Position numbers and translations under genes: made by a program | Part shown: piece by piece, positions 61,256 through 64,000 of the stretch | How the letters are laid out: each line of letters starts with the position of its first letter | Numbering within the stretch: the stretch's first letter is position 1 | Origin: a virus | Length of the DNA stretch: 64,000 nt | IMG/VR virus record: IMGVR_UViG_3300035698_012408 | Reading direction: 5' to 3' (one strand) | Notes under the pieces: generated by a model | Seen by the model: the letters and a program-made list of their open reading frames with translations, nothing else | Told to the model about the DNA's origin: nothing | Databases searched by the model: none

Positions 61256-61675
61256 TTATTGCCTCCGACTGCGTAACGGCGACCTGAGGGGTGATTGCAG
61301 CCGCGAGAACATCCGCTCTCCATCGTCCTCGTCACCTTGGACCTGATCCATAAGATGACTGGTGCCCAGGTAGCCGGCACCGCCGCCAGCGATCATGGCA
61401 AGCACTCGCAGCCACGGGTTCTGGACTTTGTCGGTCAGAGCCCCGCCAAGCATCGCACCGACACCAGTGCCGGTACCCTTGGCTGCCCCACGAGTGACGT
61501 CTCGTAAGGTGTCGCCGGTGTTGCTGGCAAGAAGCCCGCCACCGAGTGCAGATGCGCCGATCATCCACGGGGCTGCCGCCCCAGCGTTCATCTCCTGGTC
61601 AGCAGCCTTCTCCAACGGAGCGGCGGCCAGATCTTGCGCCCACTTAATCATCAGCTGCGTGCCTGTGCTTGGCAT
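61256..61675 (-). CDS. small glycine-zipper membrane protein
   Basis: ATG at 61675 has a TGGAGA SD. Segments are MIGASALGGGLLAS, GTGVGAMLGGAL and LAMIAGGGAGYLG, followed by an acidic QGDEDDGE. Confidence 0.55.
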   Translation of the reverse strand: MPSTGTQLMIKWAQDLAAAPLEKAADQEMNAGAAAPWMIGASALGGGLLASNTGDTLRDVTRGAAKGTGTGVGAMLGGALTDKVQNPWLRVLAMIAGGGAGYLGTSHLMDQVQGDEDDGERMFSRLQSPLRSPLRSRRQ

Positions 61676-61704
61676 TACGATCTCCAATCCCTGGAAACGT
61701 GTCG

Positions 61705-61899
61705 TTATCGTGCTTTGTCCGGCCAGTAGACCGTGCAACCGAGGTCGTGGTTATAGCAGCTGTTGAGCCGCTTCATCTGATGCTCATCTTGGCGCCAGTG
61801 CTTCTTCAACCATTCGTAGTCAGGTGTCTTGAGTCGCCCTGTCGCGATCGCGTCTGCTCTTGCCCGTGCTCTTGGGCCCATTACGGCGGTGTCAGCCAT
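61705..61899 (-). CDS. small hypothetical protein
   Basis: 64 aa. AGGAG SD 8 nt upstream of the ATG at 61899. Overlaps the thioredoxin-like gene end by 19 nt. Confidence 0.45.
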   Translation of the reverse strand: MADTAVMGPRARARADAIATGRLKTPDYEWLKKHWRQDEHQMKRLNSCYNHDLGCTVYWPDKAR

Positions 61900-62246
61900 C
61901 GCAATAACTCCTGTCCGGTGAGTACCTCACCCGCTGCTTTGGTCTGCCGTAGCAAGACCGCTTTCCCTGTGGTAGCGTCGTAATCCACCAGGAACATCCT
62001 CGGTATCTTCGTGACACCATACTTAGTAAACGCCGAGTCGTCTGTTGCATTATCGGCATCATACGCCCAAATGGCAATACCATGTTGCCGAATTACGGCC
62101 TGAGCAGCCGCCGTGCGGAGGTGCGCTGACTGTGATTGACAGCCAGGGCACCACGCCGCACTAAACCTCATAACGACCGTTTCACCTGCTTGGCTCGATG
62201 ACATCAGAAACCATAAGAACATCAGGCACAACAGGTAACGTCGCAT
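61881..62246 (-). CDS. exported thioredoxin-fold protein (WCPGC active site)
   Basis: From the ATG at 62246: signal peptide MRRYLLCLMFLWFLMSSSQA, then FSAAWCPGCQ. The track ORF start at 62324 overlaps the peptidase gene. Confidence 0.65.
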   Translation of the reverse strand: MRRYLLCLMFLWFLMSSSQAGETVVMRFSAAWCPGCQSQSAHLRTAAAQAVIRQHGIAIWAYDADNATDDSAFTKYGVTKIPRMFLVDYDATTGKAVLLRQTKAAGEVLTGQELLRWLTPP

Positions 62247-62250
62247 AATC

Positions 62251-62895
62251 TTACTCCCAGGCCCTCTTCTCGACCGGAACGCACGCCTCGCCCTGAGCCG
62301 CCAGCAGCAACGCCATGTCATCAAAGCTGATCTTGGCGTAGCCCTTCTTGCCCCAGTTCTCGCCCCAGGAGTTCTTGATCTTGAAGAACCCCTTGGTGAC
62401 GTTGACGCCGCAGCATAGGTAGGCGTGACCGCCGTGAATGGCCCCTGTGGCGTGGATGAAGCCCTTCTTGTCGGTCTCCATCATGCCCGCCATCCAGTTC
62501 GTGCCCAAGACAATAGGGCCGATCTCCAGCAGTGTGTCGACCATCTCCTGTAACGTCTTGGCCCACCAATACGACTCGACCATGCCGAGACGCTGGGCTA
62601 CCTTGACGCCAGCACGCACCGACGTCCCGTCGTAGCTCTCGCCCACCCACTCGTCATTCTGCTGTGCGAAGGCATAGATGCCATTCGGGTTCAGCATCTG
62701 GCGGATCGGGTGGGCAGCCAGGAAGTGAGCAACCGAGAAGCCCACACAACGAGGCGTGGAGCCTTGGTCGCCAGTCCACCAGCCGGTGTTCCAGTAACGG
62801 TAGGTCCGCGCGTCCAAAGCGACGGCCCAAGTAGGTATGCGGAACTTCTCGTCACGCTTATCGGGAGCGTAATGACGTGCGAATTGACGAATCAT
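62251..62895 (-). CDS. papain-family (C1) cysteine peptidase
   Basis: DQGSTPRCVGFSVAHF (Gln/Cys region), GGHAYLCCG (His) and KIKNSWGENWGKKGYAKI (Asn-Ser-Trp-Gly) match the C1A catalytic motifs in order. Confidence 0.8.
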   Translation of the reverse strand: MIRQFARHYAPDKRDEKFRIPTWAVALDARTYRYWNTGWWTGDQGSTPRCVGFSVAHFLAAHPIRQMLNPNGIYAFAQQNDEWVGESYDGTSVRAGVKVAQRLGMVESYWWAKTLQEMVDTLLEIGPIVLGTNWMAGMMETDKKGFIHATGAIHGGHAYLCCGVNVTKGFFKIKNSWGENWGKKGYAKISFDDMALLLAAQGEACVPVEKRAWE

Positions 62896-62908
62896 CTGAT
62901 TCTCCAGG

Positions 62909-63760
62909 TTATAGTTTGACTTTGGTCATCCCTAGTGTTCCCACTGGGATGTTGACAGCTTGTTCTTTGCCGAGCAGGATGCCCCCGGCGACCACCCAGG
63001 CGAAGGCCTCGAACATGTAGGCCTGCTTAGCGGCGTAGACCTCGATCGGCTTCCGCTGCTTCACCTCGACAATCGTCTCACCCTTGCCGCGGGTGGTACG
63101 CATGTGTTTTCGGGCAGTCTTGGTCTTGGCGTTTAGCTCCTGGGCAATGCCTATGAGCATCTGGGCCAGCAGGTCTGCCAAAGCATAGCAGTCCAGCTCC
63201 TCCAGGTCTATGCAGTAACGGGCCGAGACGATGCGATCCTTCTTAATTCCCGGCTGTCCGAACTGCCTGGGCAGCTGGGTCGTAATCTCGTCCACCAGTG
63301 TCCAATCGCCGCGACGCTGGCGAGTAGCCCGAGAGCTCCATGTCTGCAAGACGGCTTGGATCTCCGCCTGCCCGCCATGTGCGAGCACCGGCAGCAGTAG
63401 AGTATGAATCTTCGGCTCAGGCACGTGCCGATTGAGTTCCTTATCGGTCCGCAGATACACGTTGATGGGGATCGTGGCGAACGGGATGCTCATGGCCACG
63501 TCGCGAGCAGGGCCCCCACGTCTGCCTCTTCGGTTGCGGTGCCGAGTACAGCGGGTCACATACCAGTCCAGCTCGCGGATGATCTGATCAATCTCCTGCT
63601 TGGTCAGTGTGGACGGTAGGCGGCCACGCATTATCGCCTCGTGGTCCTGCCGGACTCCGTGCGTCGGATTAGGCTCTGGATGTCCTGCCAGTGTGTCGGC
63701 ACCGATAACTGCAAAAGCGGCCGAAGCCGCCACACCCGTGATCATGTCTCTGCGTTTCAT
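62909..63760 (-). CDS. diverged capsid-like (HK97-motif) protein with a twin-arginine-type N-terminal leader
   Basis: MKRRDMITGVAASAAFAVIGA resembles a Tat signal. AMSIPFATIPINVYLRT matches the MCP's AISIPFATLPVNVYIRG, and QAYMFEAFAWVVAGGIL matches the MCP's EAYMLEFFAYQTMGGSI. Confidence 0.45.
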   Translation of the reverse strand: MKRRDMITGVAASAAFAVIGADTLAGHPEPNPTHGVRQDHEAIMRGRLPSTLTKQEIDQIIRELDWYVTRCTRHRNRRGRRGGPARDVAMSIPFATIPINVYLRTDKELNRHVPEPKIHTLLLPVLAHGGQAEIQAVLQTWSSRATRQRRGDWTLVDEITTQLPRQFGQPGIKKDRIVSARYCIDLEELDCYALADLLAQMLIGIAQELNAKTKTARKHMRTTRGKGETIVEVKQRKPIEVYAAKQAYMFEAFAWVVAGGILLGKEQAVNIPVGTLGMTKVKL

Positions 63761-63776
63761 CTCTCTGCCTTTCTAC

Positions 63777-64000
63777 TTAATCTGCATATAAATCCAACGG
63801 ATACCGATGCAGCAGCTGCACACACTCCTTTGTAACCATCGCATCACGGAGATTGTAAGCACTCCAAATAAACTCAGATGAATCAGGGTGCAGGCCCCAC
63901 GTAAAGGTGTGGATGCCGGCAGCTCTCGCCTCGTCGTAATCCATGAAATCTATTTCTTCATCCGACTCCCAGTCATTCGAGCACGCCGGGGCATCGAAAA
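63777..64000 (-). CDS. hypothetical protein, C-terminal part only (gene starts beyond the window)
   Basis: Not in the ORF track. My translation is open from 64000 to the TAA at 63777-63779 and reads ...SNDWESDEEIDFMDYDEARAAGIHTFTWGLHPDSSEFIWSAYNLRDAMVTKECVQLLHRYPLDLYAD. Confidence 0.45.
   Translation of the reverse strand, partial: FDAPACSNDWESDEEIDFMDYDEARAAGIHTFTWGLHPDSSEFIWSAYNLRDAMVTKECVQLLHRYPLDLYAD

Noticed and set aside
1-64000. An alternative genetic code (stop-codon reassignment) as an explanation for the odd gene overlaps.
   Set aside because: Recoding would fragment ORFs under the standard code. Here the ORFs are long and mostly end at TAA/TGA/TAG exactly at coupling junctions. 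The anomalies are ORFs that run too long, which recoding does not explain.
1-64000. tRNA, rRNA, integrase, attachment sites, transposases and toxin-antitoxin pairs.
   Set aside because: I saw no T-loop/acceptor-like structures in the few non-coding gaps. I also saw no tyrosine- or serine-recombinase, transposase or typical TA motifs in any ORF. The absence is by eye only, so tRNAscan and HMM searches could still find something.

Overview
This 64-kb window reads as a contiguous piece of a large tailed-phage genome, either a jumbo-phage-like virus or a prophage interior. It is GC-rich, high 50s % by eye (not computed). Every gene I can support lies on the minus strand, mostly with GGAG-type Shine-Dalgarno sites and ATGA / TAATG / GTGA coupling overlaps. 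The long plus-strand ORFs look like mirror artefacts.

Reading the minus strand from 64000 down to 1:
- An exported-enzyme cluster: an HK97-like protein with a Tat-type leader, a papain-family C1 peptidase and a signal-peptide thioredoxin.
- Glycine-zipper membrane proteins.
- A glycosyltransferase cluster (GT25-like x2, GT2, one possible GT-B).
- A cold-shock protein.
- A 1548-aa repeat-bearing giant protein.
- A 2H-phosphoesterase-like gene.
- A SAM methyltransferase, two GT4 paralogues and four tandem NodH/Stf0-like sulfotransferase paralogues.
- A HAD phosphatase fusion.
- A secreted S1 serine protease.
- A staphylococcal-nuclease-like gene.
- A multisubunit RNA polymerase, encoded as a beta plus beta'-N fusion and a separate beta'-C.
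- A head module: portal candidate, protease and scaffold candidates, and an HK97-type major capsid protein.
- Neck proteins, then a contractile tail sheath and tube.

I saw no tRNA, rRNA, CRISPR array, integrase or transposase. All functional calls come from motif recognition by eye. No database search was run.
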